From assembly GCA_049510745.1 (NCBI GenBank), contig JBEKYR010000021.1:21295-85294 (forward strand): DNA of 64,000 bases, read 5' to 3'. How positions within the stretch are numbered: the stretch's first letter is position 1; every line of letters begins with the position of its first letter. Shown in pieces: positions 50,428 through 59,713 of the stretch. The notes under the pieces are model-generated. The model had not been told where the DNA came from, did not search any database, and was given only the letters and a program-made list of their open reading frames with translations. Both the position numbers and the translations under genes were made by a program. Source of the stretch: Verrucomicrobiota bacterium. Lineage in GTDB: Bacteria; Verrucomicrobiota; Verrucomicrobiia; Limisphaerales; Palsa-1400.

Positions 50428-53400
50428 TTACGGCGTCAATATGACCCGATAGAATCGCGACCCTCGTTGGGCTACGACCGCATCCGTGATCGACAGGTTT
50501 CCGCCCGTTCCGACGACTGTTTCCAAATCGGTCCAGGCCGGGTCATTCAATGCGTTCTTATATTGCACGGTGTACGATATTCCGTTCTCGCCGGAGAAGG
50601 ATACGCTGAAGAACCCGTTGGTCATAGTGGGCACGCCGAAGACCGGCGCGAACTGTGGCGGGCCGATCGGACCGAGACAATTAGCGGCGGCGGCCACGAT
50701 ACGGTCCTGACAGATGTCCATGCCGGTCGCCGTGACACTGTTGGTCGGCGTGAATGTCACCACACTATTAGTCGTATAGGTGGTCACCGTGTTAGTCGTA
50801 TAGGTGGTCACCGTGTTGGTGGTGTAGGTGGTCACCATGTTGGTGGTGTAGGTGGTCACCGTGTTGGTGGTGAAGGTCGTGACGATGTTGGTCGTAACGC
50901 TCAGGCCACCGCCGCGGAGGAAATAGAACAGGTTTGGCCCAAAGCCCACGTCCGTCGCGGTAAACGTCAATTCCGTGGCGTTGGTGCCGACGGTGAACCG
51001 GTCGGTCACCGTCGCGGTGGTCAGACCTGTGACGAAGATGGTTCCAAAAGTGGAAACACCACTCGCGCTATGGCGCAGGTAGTAGAAATTATCTGCCCCG
51101 TATCCTGGCGCGGTCAGATCCGTGAAGACCAGCGCATCAACGTTGGTTCCGATGGTAAAGCGATCGGTGACGGTCCCCGGCAAGGCCGGGTTGATGGTCC
51201 CGAACGTCGAAAGACCAGTGGCGTCATGGCGGACATAATAGAACAGATCGGCGCCATAACCGACGTCGGTGGCGGTAAAGGTCAAACCATCAAAGTTGCG
51301 GCCGACAACGAAATGGTCCGTGGTGACTCCGACTATCCCGCCTGGAGTGATGCTGCCGAAAATTGAAACCCCCGTATTGTCATGACGGAGATAGTAGAAC
51401 AGCAACGGGCCGTAACCCAAATCAGGGGCCGCATAAGTCAACGCATCGAAGTTTTGATTGGTGGCGCTGAAGCGATCCGTCGTGGTTGCCGTGCTGGCGA
51501 TAATGGTGTCAAAGAAGTTCGTGCCGGTGATGTCTTTGCGCATGGAGTAAAACTCAGTAGCTCCGTAGCCATGATCCTCACCCGCATAAGTCAATCCGTT
51601 GAAGTTGCTGCCGATGAGGAAACGATCAACAACGGCCTCGGAGACGGAATTGATGGTTCCGAACGAGATTGGGGTCGGCGCGTTCGTCGTGACGGTGGAT
51701 GTGGTGTTCGTGGTAATAGTGCCGGCAACGTTCGTCGTAATAACGTCGGCGACGTTCGTCGCAATGACGTTGACAACGTTGGTCGTGATAGTCCCGCTGG
51801 TGTTGGTCACAATGGTCGAGTTGGTCGTCGGGTTGGAACCGCCAGTGGCGATGTAGCTGCCCGTGAATGGCGCGGAGGCCCCGGGGGCGAGCATGATCGG
51901 GCCAAGCACCGGGGTGTTGTTGCTCCGCTGGGTGCTGAACACAAGGATGTTCGCCAAGGGGATGTTGCCGGTGTTGCTGACCGATCCTCCAAACACCACG
52001 ACACTACCCGCGGACACCGGGCCTGGCGGGCAACTCTCCGTGATGACGATGCCCGGAGTGGTGGCGATGGGGCAACTGGTCGTGTTGGTGACCACGTTGC
52101 CACCGCAAATGTCCTGGCCAAAACCCGTAACCGAGACGGAGCAGGTGTTGAACGGAACGGTGTAGGATCCGAAGTAAGACTCCGATTCACCGGGAGCCAG
52201 TTCAATCGGGCCCAGCACCGGCGTATTGGTTCCCTGCGGGCCGAACACAAAGACATTCGTCAAGACGGCGTCGCCCGTGTTGGTGACGTAGCCGTTGAAC
52301 ACATACACGCTGCCCATTGGGATTGGATTCAGCGGGCAGTTCTGCACCACCGCGATCCCCGGCGTGGTGAGCAAAGGACAGACGGCCGTGGCCGTGTCGG
52401 TCGCGTTGCTGCCCAAGCAGTGGTCCTGGCCTCTGGCGGTGAGGGTGTCAAGGATGAAGCAGCAGCAATACGGCGCGATGTAGCTGTTGGTGACGTTGGT
52501 AAAGTTGACCGAAGCCCCAGGCGCCAGAGTGATGGGGCCGATGACCGGCGTGTTGTTGGTCGGCTGATCGTCCACCACGAAGACATTGATCAGCGTAATA
52601 GGCCCGGAGTTGCTCACCGAGCCGGTGAAGACGTAAGAACCGCCGCGCGGAGTGGGCAGCAACGGACAATTCTTGGTCACGGTGATGCTCGGAGGAGGAA
52701 TGATCACCGGACAGGTCGCTGTCACGCTGCTGGTCGCCGGGAGGTAGGTGCAGACATTCAAACCGCTCGCCGTGACCGTGTCAGCTCCGCAGAAATCAGG
52801 CGGAACAATGTAGGAGGCGGTGTAGTCCTCCGTTTCGCCTGGCGCCAAATCGATGGGTCCCAGCAGAGAACTGTCGGGGAACTGGCTGTTCACCACGGTC
52901 ACATCGATCAGGGTGACGTTGCCGGCGTTGCTGACGGTGCCGCTGTAGGTCATCAGATCGCCCCATCGCAGGATACCCGGCGCGCAAATTTTGGTCACCA
53001 CGATCTGCGGCAGAGTCAGCACGTTGCAAGTGCGCGTCGCGCTGTCGGTGACCGTGACCCCGGCGCAGCCTTGGCCGCTGGCCTCGACGGTGCTCCAAAC
53101 CACACAACAATCGAAAGGCACCTGGTAGCTGCCCGTGAAGTTTGTCGTCGCGCCGGGCGCCAGCGCGGCCACGGTGAGAATCACCGTGTTGGAGACGGGC
53201 TGATCGTCCACTACGACGATGTTGGTTAACGTAACATTGCCCGCGTTGCTGACGGTGCCGCTGTAGGTCAGGATGCCCCCCGGCAACACGGAGTTCGTGG
53301 GACAGAATTGGGTCACTGCAATGGCCGGCGTCGTCACAATCGGACACGTCGTGCTGGCCGTGCTGCTGACGGCATCACCGCAGATACTCCGGCCGACGGC

Positions 53401-56400
53401 GGTCGAGGTGCTCGTGCTGAAGCAATTGGTCGGCGCCAGATAGCTGCCGGTGAAATTGGCGACGGCGCCCGGCTGCAGCCTCAGCGGACCAATGACCGGC
53501 GTGTTGGGAGCCGGCTGGTTGTTGACGACAAACACTTGGGCGAGCGCGATGTTGCCCGAGTTGCTCACCGTGCCGCTGTAAGTCAGCAGCCCGCCGGCCA
53601 TCGTCGGATTGACCGGGCAAACCTGGGTCACCACGATGCCCGGCGTGGTAATGAGCGGGCAGGTGGCCGACGCGGTGTTCGTCACCATGAGGGCAGTGCA
53701 GTTGTCGCTGCCCGTGGCCATCACTGTGCTGCTGACCGTGCATGTGTTGGAGGGCGCGGTGAAACTGGCGGTGAAGTTGGCGGAGGCATTTGGCGCCAGG
53801 GTCAGCGGACCAATGACCGGCGTGTTGGGAACCGGCTGGTCGTTCACGACAAACACATTGTTCAGTGTGACGTTGCCCATATTGCTCACTGTCCCGCTGT
53901 AGGTGATCAAACCGCCCGTGCTGGCGGACACCGCCGGACACGCCAGCGTGACCGCGATGCCCGGGGACGTGGTGACCATGCAGGTGGTCGAAACGGTGTT
54001 CGTGACCGCGCCGAGCGTGCAAGGGTCCGTCCCGGTTCCGCTGAAGGTGGTCGTGACCGAGCAGGCGTTGGCCGGAACGGTGGAAGTGCCGGTGAAGTTG
54101 GTCAAGGCGCCGGGAGCCAGAGCAGCCACCGTCAAGACGGTCGTGTTGGGCGCGGGCTGGCTACTGACCACGACTACATTGGTCAACGTGACGTTGCCGG
54201 TGTTCTGCACCGTGCCGCTATAAGTCAGCGAGCCGCCGGGCAATACCGGGATGGCCGGGCAAACCGCTGTTACCGCGATTTGCGGCGTCGTCAGAATCGG
54301 ACAGGTCGCGCTCATCGTGTTGCTGACGACATCACCGCAGAGACTCTGGCCGGTGGCGGTCGAGGTGCTCGTGGTGGAGCAATTGGTCGGCGCCAGATAG
54401 CTGCCGGTGAAATTGACGGCTTCCCCAGCCGCCAGCCTCAGCGGACCAATGACCGCCGTGTTGGGAACCGGCTGGTTGTTGACGACAAACACTTGGGTAA
54501 GCGCGATGTTGCCCGAGTTGCTCACCGTGCCGCTGTATGTCAGCAGCCCGCCGGGAATCGCCGGATTGACCGGGCAAACCTGGGTGACCACGATGCTCGG
54601 CGTGGTAATGAGCGGGCAGGTGGCCGACGCGGTGTTCGTCACCAGGACCGCAGTGCAGTTGTCGCTGCCCGTGGCTATGACCGTGCTGCTGACCGAGCAG
54701 GAGCCAACCGGCGCCATGAAGCTGGCGGTGAAGTTGACGGAGGCATTCGGCGCCAGGGTCAGCGGACCAATGACCGGCGTGTTGGGAGCCGGCTGGTTGT
54801 TCACGACACGCACATTGTTCAGCGTGACGTTGCCCGAATTGCTGACCGTCCCGGTGTAGGCGATCAAACCGCCCGCGCTGGCGGACACCGGCGGACACGC
54901 CAGCGTGACCGCGATGGCCGGGGCCGTGGTGACCGTGCAGGTGGTCGAAACGGTGTTCGTGACCGCGCTGACCGAACAAGGGTCCGTCCCGGTTCCGCTG
55001 AAGGTGGTCGTCACCGAGCAGGCGTCGGCCGGAACGGTGTAAGTGCCGGTGAAGTTGGCCGACGCGCCGGGGGCCAGAGTAGCCGCCGCGAAGACAATCG
55101 TGTTGGCCGCGGGCCGGCTGCTAACCACGACCACGTTGGTCAACGTGATGTTGCCGGTGTTCTGCACCGTGCCGCTATAAGTGAGCGACCCGCCGGGCAC
55201 TACTTGGGTGGCCGGACAAACCGCCGTGACCGCAATCTGGGGCGTAGTCAGGATGGGACAGGTTGCGCTGGCGAAATTGCTGACGACCACGCCGCAACTG
55301 GTGGTCGCCGTCGCGGTCAGGGTATCGGCCACCGAGCAATTGGTCGGCGCCGTATAAAAACCGCTGAAGTTGGCCGCCGCGCCGGGCGCCAGAGAAGTCA
55401 GTATGAACACCGGCGTATTGGGAACCGGCTGAGTGTTGACCACGACGACGTTGCTCAAGGTCACATTGCCGGTGTTGCTGACGCTGCCTGAAAAAATGAG
55501 TAACTGGCCTGGAGAAACCGGCTGGGCGGGACATGATTTGGTCACTTGGATGCCCGGCGTCAAAACCTCCGAGCAGGTGGTGCTGGCGGAATTTGTCACC
55601 GTCCGGGGATGGGTCGTGTAGAGGTCAGTGCCTTGGGCCACCAGCGTGGCCGTGCTGTTAATGCAAGGATTCAAAGGGACGTAGCTTCCGTTAAACGGGG
55701 CGATCTGGCCTCGGGCGAGATTGGTGATGAACGTCACCGGGATTTGCCCGCCATTGACGAAGTTCAAGACCGTCACGCCCACCAGTGTGTTGTTGCCGCA
55801 ATTGGTCACCGTGCCGTTGAAAGTAATCGCGCCGTTTTCTCCCACGCTGCCAGCGCATTGCACAGCGAGCTGGATGCACGGCTGACTCACTTGCGTGTTC
55901 ACGCCCTGGTTGCCGCCGCCCACGCTGTTGTTGATGTTTTGATGGATGATGCCGATGTCAGCGGCCGTGGCATCCACCGTTTGATCGGGTTGAATGTCTT
56001 GAGCGCGGCAGATGTAAGTGGCGCAGTTGCTATAGAAATCCGATTGTCCGTTGGTCAGCATCGTGCGCACCAACGTGATCGCGTTTGTGACGCCGTCAGG
56101 GGTGACAACCCATGCCTGAATCGACGAAGCGTCACAGACAACCGGCCCGGTGCCCGTTCCGTTGAACACGGTGGCACTGTAATGGAGCGTGTCTCCAATA
56201 TGGACGTCCGCAGCATCCGTATAGAGCAGAATCCCCAAGCCGCTGCCGGTGCATCCCGGCGGACTTTGGTCCGCGCGGGCCGCGGGCGCGCCGAAGAACA
56301 GCAAAAGCAGTCCCGCGAGCAACGCCGCGAAGGTGAAACGGCCAGGCGCCTTGCGCCAGGCGGATAATGTCGCCTCGCTCCGGGTTGAATCAACTGACGG

Positions 56401-56445
56401 TTGAACGATGCCATTCGGCTCGGGATATCGCGTTGAATTATTCAT
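50428..56445 (-). CDS. 2005-aa secreted Cys-rich DUF11-like repeat surface protein with inserted propeller-like domain
   Basis: Signal peptide; about 13 repeats of about 106 aa (I.VT..CP...YSGTVSN.GN..L); C-terminus RFYRV. Confidence 0.85.
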   Translation of the reverse strand: MNNSTRYPEPNGIVQPSVDSTRSEATLSAWRKAPGRFTFAALLAGLLLLFFGAPAARADQSPPGCTGSGLGILLYTDAADVHIGDTLHYSATVFNGTGTGPVVCDASSIQAWVVTPDGVTNAITLVRTMLTNGQSDFYSNCATYICRAQDIQPDQTVDATAADIGIIHQNINNSVGGGNQGVNTQVSQPCIQLAVQCAGSVGENGAITFNGTVTNCGNNTLVGVTVLNFVNGGQIPVTFITNLARGQIAPFNGSYVPLNPCINSTATLVAQGTDLYTTHPRTVTNSASTTCSEVLTPGIQVTKSCPAQPVSPGQLLIFSGSVSNTGNVTLSNVVVVNTQPVPNTPVFILTSLAPGAAANFSGFYTAPTNCSVADTLTATATTSCGVVVSNFASATCPILTTPQIAVTAVCPATQVVPGGSLTYSGTVQNTGNITLTNVVVVSSRPAANTIVFAAATLAPGASANFTGTYTVPADACSVTTTFSGTGTDPCSVSAVTNTVSTTCTVTTAPAIAVTLACPPVSASAGGLIAYTGTVSNSGNVTLNNVRVVNNQPAPNTPVIGPLTLAPNASVNFTASFMAPVGSCSVSSTVIATGSDNCTAVLVTNTASATCPLITTPSIVVTQVCPVNPAIPGGLLTYSGTVSNSGNIALTQVFVVNNQPVPNTAVIGPLRLAAGEAVNFTGSYLAPTNCSTTSTSTATGQSLCGDVVSNTMSATCPILTTPQIAVTAVCPAIPVLPGGSLTYSGTVQNTGNVTLTNVVVVSSQPAPNTTVLTVAALAPGALTNFTGTSTVPANACSVTTTFSGTGTDPCTLGAVTNTVSTTCMVTTSPGIAVTLACPAVSASTGGLITYSGTVSNMGNVTLNNVFVVNDQPVPNTPVIGPLTLAPNASANFTASFTAPSNTCTVSSTVMATGSDNCTALMVTNTASATCPLITTPGIVVTQVCPVNPTMAGGLLTYSGTVSNSGNIALAQVFVVNNQPAPNTPVIGPLRLQPGAVANFTGSYLAPTNCFSTSTSTAVGRSICGDAVSSTASTTCPIVTTPAIAVTQFCPTNSVLPGGILTYSGTVSNAGNVTLTNIVVVDDQPVSNTVILTVAALAPGATTNFTGSYQVPFDCCVVWSTVEASGQGCAGVTVTDSATRTCNVLTLPQIVVTKICAPGILRWGDLMTYSGTVSNAGNVTLIDVTVVNSQFPDSSLLGPIDLAPGETEDYTASYIVPPDFCGADTVTASGLNVCTYLPATSSVTATCPVIIPPPSITVTKNCPLLPTPRGGSYVFTGSVSNSGPITLINVFVVDDQPTNNTPVIGPITLAPGASVNFTNVTNSYIAPYCCCFILDTLTARGQDHCLGSNATDTATAVCPLLTTPGIAVVQNCPLNPIPMGSVYVFNGYVTNTGDAVLTNVFVFGPQGTNTPVLGPIELAPGESESYFGSYTVPFNTCSVSVTGFGQDICGGNVVTNTTSCPIATTPGIVITESCPPGPVSAGSVVVFGGSVSNTGNIPLANILVFSTQRSNNTPVLGPIMLAPGASAPFTGSYIATGGSNPTTNSTIVTNTSGTITTNVVNVIATNVADVITTNVAGTITTNTTSTVTTNAPTPISFGTINSVSEAVVDRFLIGSNFNGLTYAGEDHGYGATEFYSMRKDITGTNFFDTIIASTATTTDRFSATNQNFDALTYAAPDLGYGPLLFYYLRHDNTGVSIFGSITPGGIVGVTTDHFVVGRNFDGLTFTATDVGYGADLFYYVRHDATGLSTFGTINPALPGTVTDRFTIGTNVDALVFTDLTAPGYGADNFYYLRHSASGVSTFGTIFVTGLTTATVTDRFTVGTNATELTFTATDVGFGPNLFYFLRGGGLSVTTNIVTTFTTNTVTTYTTNMVTTYTTNTVTTYTTNTVTTYTTNSVVTFTPTNSVTATGMDICQDRIVAAAANCLGPIGPPQFAPVFGVPTMTNGFFSVSFSGENGISYTVQYKNALNDPAWTDLETVVGTGGNLSITDAVVAQRGSRFYRVILTP
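53344..55260 (-). repeat. 957-bp internal tandem duplication (2 copies of a three-domain unit)
   Basis: Equivalent Cys codons at 55258, 54301 and 53344; near-identical DNA and peptide between the copies. Confidence 0.85.
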
Positions 56446-56546
56446 GGTGTCTTTTTATTTTTTGATGCTTATTAAGTGGTTGCCGCCGGCGGCAACACGC
56501 CGCCTGAATTTGCTTTTTGGAAAAGCATTCCGTTTTTCACGGTGAG

Positions 56547-56608
56547 ACAATAAGCAAGAATGCCTCGGCCGCGCTATGGGGTGTTTCCCTATCAGGAATT
56601 CACCCTAT
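56547..56608 (-). promoter_or_regulatory. shared box/-10 promoter 5 (giant surface protein) with a possible second box
   Basis: CTATGGGGTGTTTCCCTAT at 56574-56592; TATTGT 21 nt away; adjacent CAGGAATTCACCCTAT. Confidence 0.75.
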
Positions 56609-56659
56609 CGCAAATGGCATGAATTCCGCTTTGATACTGATGTCGGGGTGGTCATGGTC

Positions 56660-58648
56660 TCAATTAGAGTTGGGCGGGGACGGCTTCAAACCCGACAGCG
56701 CTCCCAAAATGGTCTTTTGCACCGCCGGATTGTAAAGATTTCCCAAGTGCCCGCCCTGCTCGAAAACCGTCAGTTGTTCCGGGTCAAACATGGCGTGAAG
56801 CCACTCCAAATCCTGGTCCGCCAGCAGAAAATCGTTATGATTGACTATGATGCGGATCTTCGGGTTGGCGCGCAATCCGGCGTCATACGTCCGCAAATCG
56901 CCGGCTTTTTCCAGCCCTTCCGCCGCCGGCGCGGCCATGCCCCGGCCCTGATAATACGGAACCGCAAACTTTTCAAAGTATTCCTGGAAGGAATACTGAA
57001 GAATCTCCTGATACACCGGCTCCCGCCTGAAATTCCAGATCGCGTGGCGCAGGACTCCCTGGTTATTGCGCCGCTGACTGCTGAAAATAATATCCCGCAG
57101 CATGAAGCGAAACGTCAGCCCGATGAGAAACTTGGACTCGATGGCGTTGAAGGGCAGCGAGGTTTGCGGCGTGAGCTTGTTCTTGCTCAAGGCGGCCACC
57201 TTCAAAAAGGTGTTTTCGATGTCGTTGCTCCGTTCCGCGGCCGGCCAGTCCAGGGGCGCCCCGTAAAATTCGTCCAGCTTGGAAACCCCATGCAGCAACC
57301 GCACCGGGGTGTTGATGGCAACGTAGCGGTCAAATTTAATCAACGGCAGCCGATTGGTCGGCTCGGTGGCCGCGACGTATAACGAATCGAATGCGCCCAT
57401 GGAATAACCCATCAACGCCTTCTCGCCCATCCGGCCCGGATACAACGTATCCAGGCGGTGATCCATCTCGGTGAGAGCGACGTGCAAGTCGTGACCATCC
57501 ACCGGCAGATAAGCCGGCATCGCCGCGGTCGAAGCGTGTTCCATGAACTCGGCGTTGAACGGGCTGCTGACGGACACGGCGGAAAAGCCGTTCTTGTAAA
57601 CCAATTCGGCCAGCGCCAGCGAGGTTTCGGCCAGACGATGCGAACCCAGCCCGGGAACGATATAAACCACGGGCGCTTTCCCCGGTTGCAACCAAAACGT
57701 GAACTTTAATCTCCGGCCCGTCGCCGGGAGCAAAACCGACCGGGTCTTGCCGCGTTCTGGAAACGCAGGGTCTTTGTAGGTGAAGAAAACGGATTCGAGG
57801 GTTTCCAGCGAGGCTTCGTCGGGTTTTCCCTTCACCTGGAAATCCGCCACCCGGTTCTCACGCGCGAATGTCCAGGCATACTGAATCTCGGCATACGGGT
57901 CCATTTCGGCCTGGCTGAAGCGCACCGATTCGCGCACCGTGTCGGAGAGATCGTTATACATGACCACGTAGGTGAAATACGTGTAGGGGCCAAGATAGGT
58001 CAGCGGATTGTTCGCGTTGAATTTGTAGGGAGCCACATAGAGCAACGGATTGGCGGCCGTGTCGGCGGCCAGGCCGACGGTGTCCCGTTCATTGCTCGGT
58101 CCAAAAATCGGCAACATCAGGAAGCACTCAGGCTTCCAGCCCCACTGGCCGAAAGTCTGGCCAAAATCCGCGTCCGATTTCGGTATGTTCCATTTGTCCG
58201 CCACGTCCCAGAACCCGGCCACCCCGACGGTCGTATTGCAAACAAACCGGTAGGATTCATCGCGCGCTCCGCTCCACTTTCCCTGGAGCAGGTTGTTGAT
58301 CAATCGTCCCGGATAAGTGAGGTTCCTGCCAAAATTTCCAATTCCGGTTCGGACCGGTTTCACGACCACAAACCGATAAACCCTGCTCGTCGGCTTGATG
58401 ACGTCGGTCATAAGCCCCTTGTTGAAGGCCCACATCACCCGATTGACCGGTTCGATGGGGTCGGGAACGGATTTGGGGAGAACAACGGTCGCCGCTGCCG
58501 CCGGCCGCGTCACGCCAACGGCTGCCTCCTGCCCGCGGGCCAGCGGCCAGAGGCACAACCAGAGGATCACCAGCGCCGCATTTGGAACTCTTCGGCCCGG
58601 TTGGATTTCAAAGTGTTCATGTCTTTGCTTCTGGGTTGAAGTCTTCAA
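56660..58648 (-). CDS. MlaA/VacJ domain fused to an alpha/beta hydrolase
   Basis: DPIEPVNRVMWAFN, DFGQTFGQWG, LPIFGPSNERD; PGLG, GYSMG, NDFLL, GGHLGN. Confidence 0.85.
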   Translation of the reverse strand: MKTSTQKQRHEHFEIQPGRRVPNAALVILWLCLWPLARGQEAAVGVTRPAAAATVVLPKSVPDPIEPVNRVMWAFNKGLMTDVIKPTSRVYRFVVVKPVRTGIGNFGRNLTYPGRLINNLLQGKWSGARDESYRFVCNTTVGVAGFWDVADKWNIPKSDADFGQTFGQWGWKPECFLMLPIFGPSNERDTVGLAADTAANPLLYVAPYKFNANNPLTYLGPYTYFTYVVMYNDLSDTVRESVRFSQAEMDPYAEIQYAWTFARENRVADFQVKGKPDEASLETLESVFFTYKDPAFPERGKTRSVLLPATGRRLKFTFWLQPGKAPVVYIVPGLGSHRLAETSLALAELVYKNGFSAVSVSSPFNAEFMEHASTAAMPAYLPVDGHDLHVALTEMDHRLDTLYPGRMGEKALMGYSMGAFDSLYVAATEPTNRLPLIKFDRYVAINTPVRLLHGVSKLDEFYGAPLDWPAAERSNDIENTFLKVAALSKNKLTPQTSLPFNAIESKFLIGLTFRFMLRDIIFSSQRRNNQGVLRHAIWNFRREPVYQEILQYSFQEYFEKFAVPYYQGRGMAAPAAEGLEKAGDLRTYDAGLRANPKIRIIVNHNDFLLADQDLEWLHAMFDPEQLTVFEQGGHLGNLYNPAVQKTILGALSGLKPSPPNSN

Positions 58649-58803
58649 GAAATCACAACGCGGTGTTCTCCGCGAAATTCAATCAGGCGCGCCTTGACGG
58701 CGAGCGCAATAATTCCTTTGGCCTGGCGTTCGCCCCAGGCGCGGTAACCGCCTGCGACGAAATCACCGAAGGTCATTGGCTTCTTTGGGGGATGCCCTTT
58801 CAT
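58645..58803 (-). CDS. small hypothetical protein (52 aa)
   Basis: Stop overlaps the mlaA-fusion start (TTGA); plausible sequence MTFGDFVAGGYRAWG. Confidence 0.5.
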   Translation of the reverse strand: MKGHPPKKPMTFGDFVAGGYRAWGERQAKGIIALAVKARLIEFRGEHRVVIS

Positions 58804-58835
58804 AGGGAGAGGCGAGGATGAGGTGTCGATTGCGC

Positions 58836-59705
58836 TCATGGTTTGGGCGACGGTTTCTCCGGGGCAAGCGTTTCGGTGGACGCCTGAAGTTCGTCCAGTT
58901 GGATGAGGTCTTTGACCCATAAGGCGGGGGACACGGGGAGCATTTTGCCCTCTTTCCTGGAAAATTGCTCTCCGGCGGCAATGATCGTGATTCCGTTTTC
59001 ACCTATCACTTTAAGCGGGATAACGGAGTCTTTAGCCGCGACGTGAGTTCCGTCGGCTGTGATGATGTACCTGCCGATGCCGCTGCCTTCCACCACGGAG
59101 CGACCGGCCGCATTCCGGATTTCCAATGTGCTGCCGGCCACCGCCGAGCGGACAACGGTGAAGATCCTTCCCGTGCGAAGGTCCAGCAAAGTATGCACGA
59201 CCGGGAGGCCATCTTTCGTGGTTAGAGTCATTTTCTCGAGCCTGATTTCGCTGTTGGCCTGGAGGCGGACGCTGGTTCCAGTGCGCCGGAAAAAGAGATC
59301 TGTCCGCGCCGCTTCGCCGGTGCGGACGATGGCGCCTTGCACAAGAATCTGGCCTTTTTCCAAATTAGTGAACGCGACGCCATCCGCGGAGTACTCGCAC
59401 TTTCCGACGACCGAAGTGGTCATGGCATTGGGTTGATCAGCGATGTCCTGGGACTGGAGCGGCAATGCCGGGGCTGGTTTCACTTCCTGGGCGTCGAGTG
59501 CCGCGGGAAGACAGAACTGCAGCATGACTGCTATTGGGACGGCCACGCGCAGGACGTTTTTCACCGTCTCCAGCAACTTATTGGTGATGAGCAGGCGGAT
59601 GGAGTCCTCGTCATCCGCCACGAGAATGCGGCAGGGCGGACTCGTTTGGCATTGCAGCGGTGCGCTGGCCGGCTCTCCGGCTTGCGTCGTGTTTTTATTT
59701 GTCAT
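58836..59705 (-). CDS. FecR-like beta-domain protein with a vestigial receiver N-terminus
   Basis: GAIVRTG..ARTDL..GTSVRLQANSEIRL..LDLRTGRI; N-terminal RILVADDEDSIR. Confidence 0.75.
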   Translation of the reverse strand: MTNKNTTQAGEPASAPLQCQTSPPCRILVADDEDSIRLLITNKLLETVKNVLRVAVPIAVMLQFCLPAALDAQEVKPAPALPLQSQDIADQPNAMTTSVVGKCEYSADGVAFTNLEKGQILVQGAIVRTGEAARTDLFFRRTGTSVRLQANSEIRLEKMTLTTKDGLPVVHTLLDLRTGRIFTVVRSAVAGSTLEIRNAAGRSVVEGSGIGRYIITADGTHVAAKDSVIPLKVIGENGITIIAAGEQFSRKEGKMLPVSPALWVKDLIQLDELQASTETLAPEKPSPKP

Positions 59706-59713
59706 AACACGAA

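Noticed and set aside
50755..50900. 24-bp repeats (and the 21-bp repeats at 47802-47969) as a CRISPR array
   Set aside because: Contiguous, in-frame coding repeats with no spacers and no cas genes.
51382..55491. Long plus-strand ORFs (615 and 727 aa)
   Set aside because: Antisense shadows of the GC-rich repetitive 2005-aa gene, Arg/Gly-rich with no motifs. The same applies to 48740-50290, 41604-42944 and 34778-35821.
56479..56496. Perfect 18-bp palindrome GTTGCCGCCGGCGGCAAC in the giant gene's leader as a riboswitch or attenuator
   Set aside because: Single GC-rich occurrence, no U-tract on the coding strand and no recognisable aptamer.
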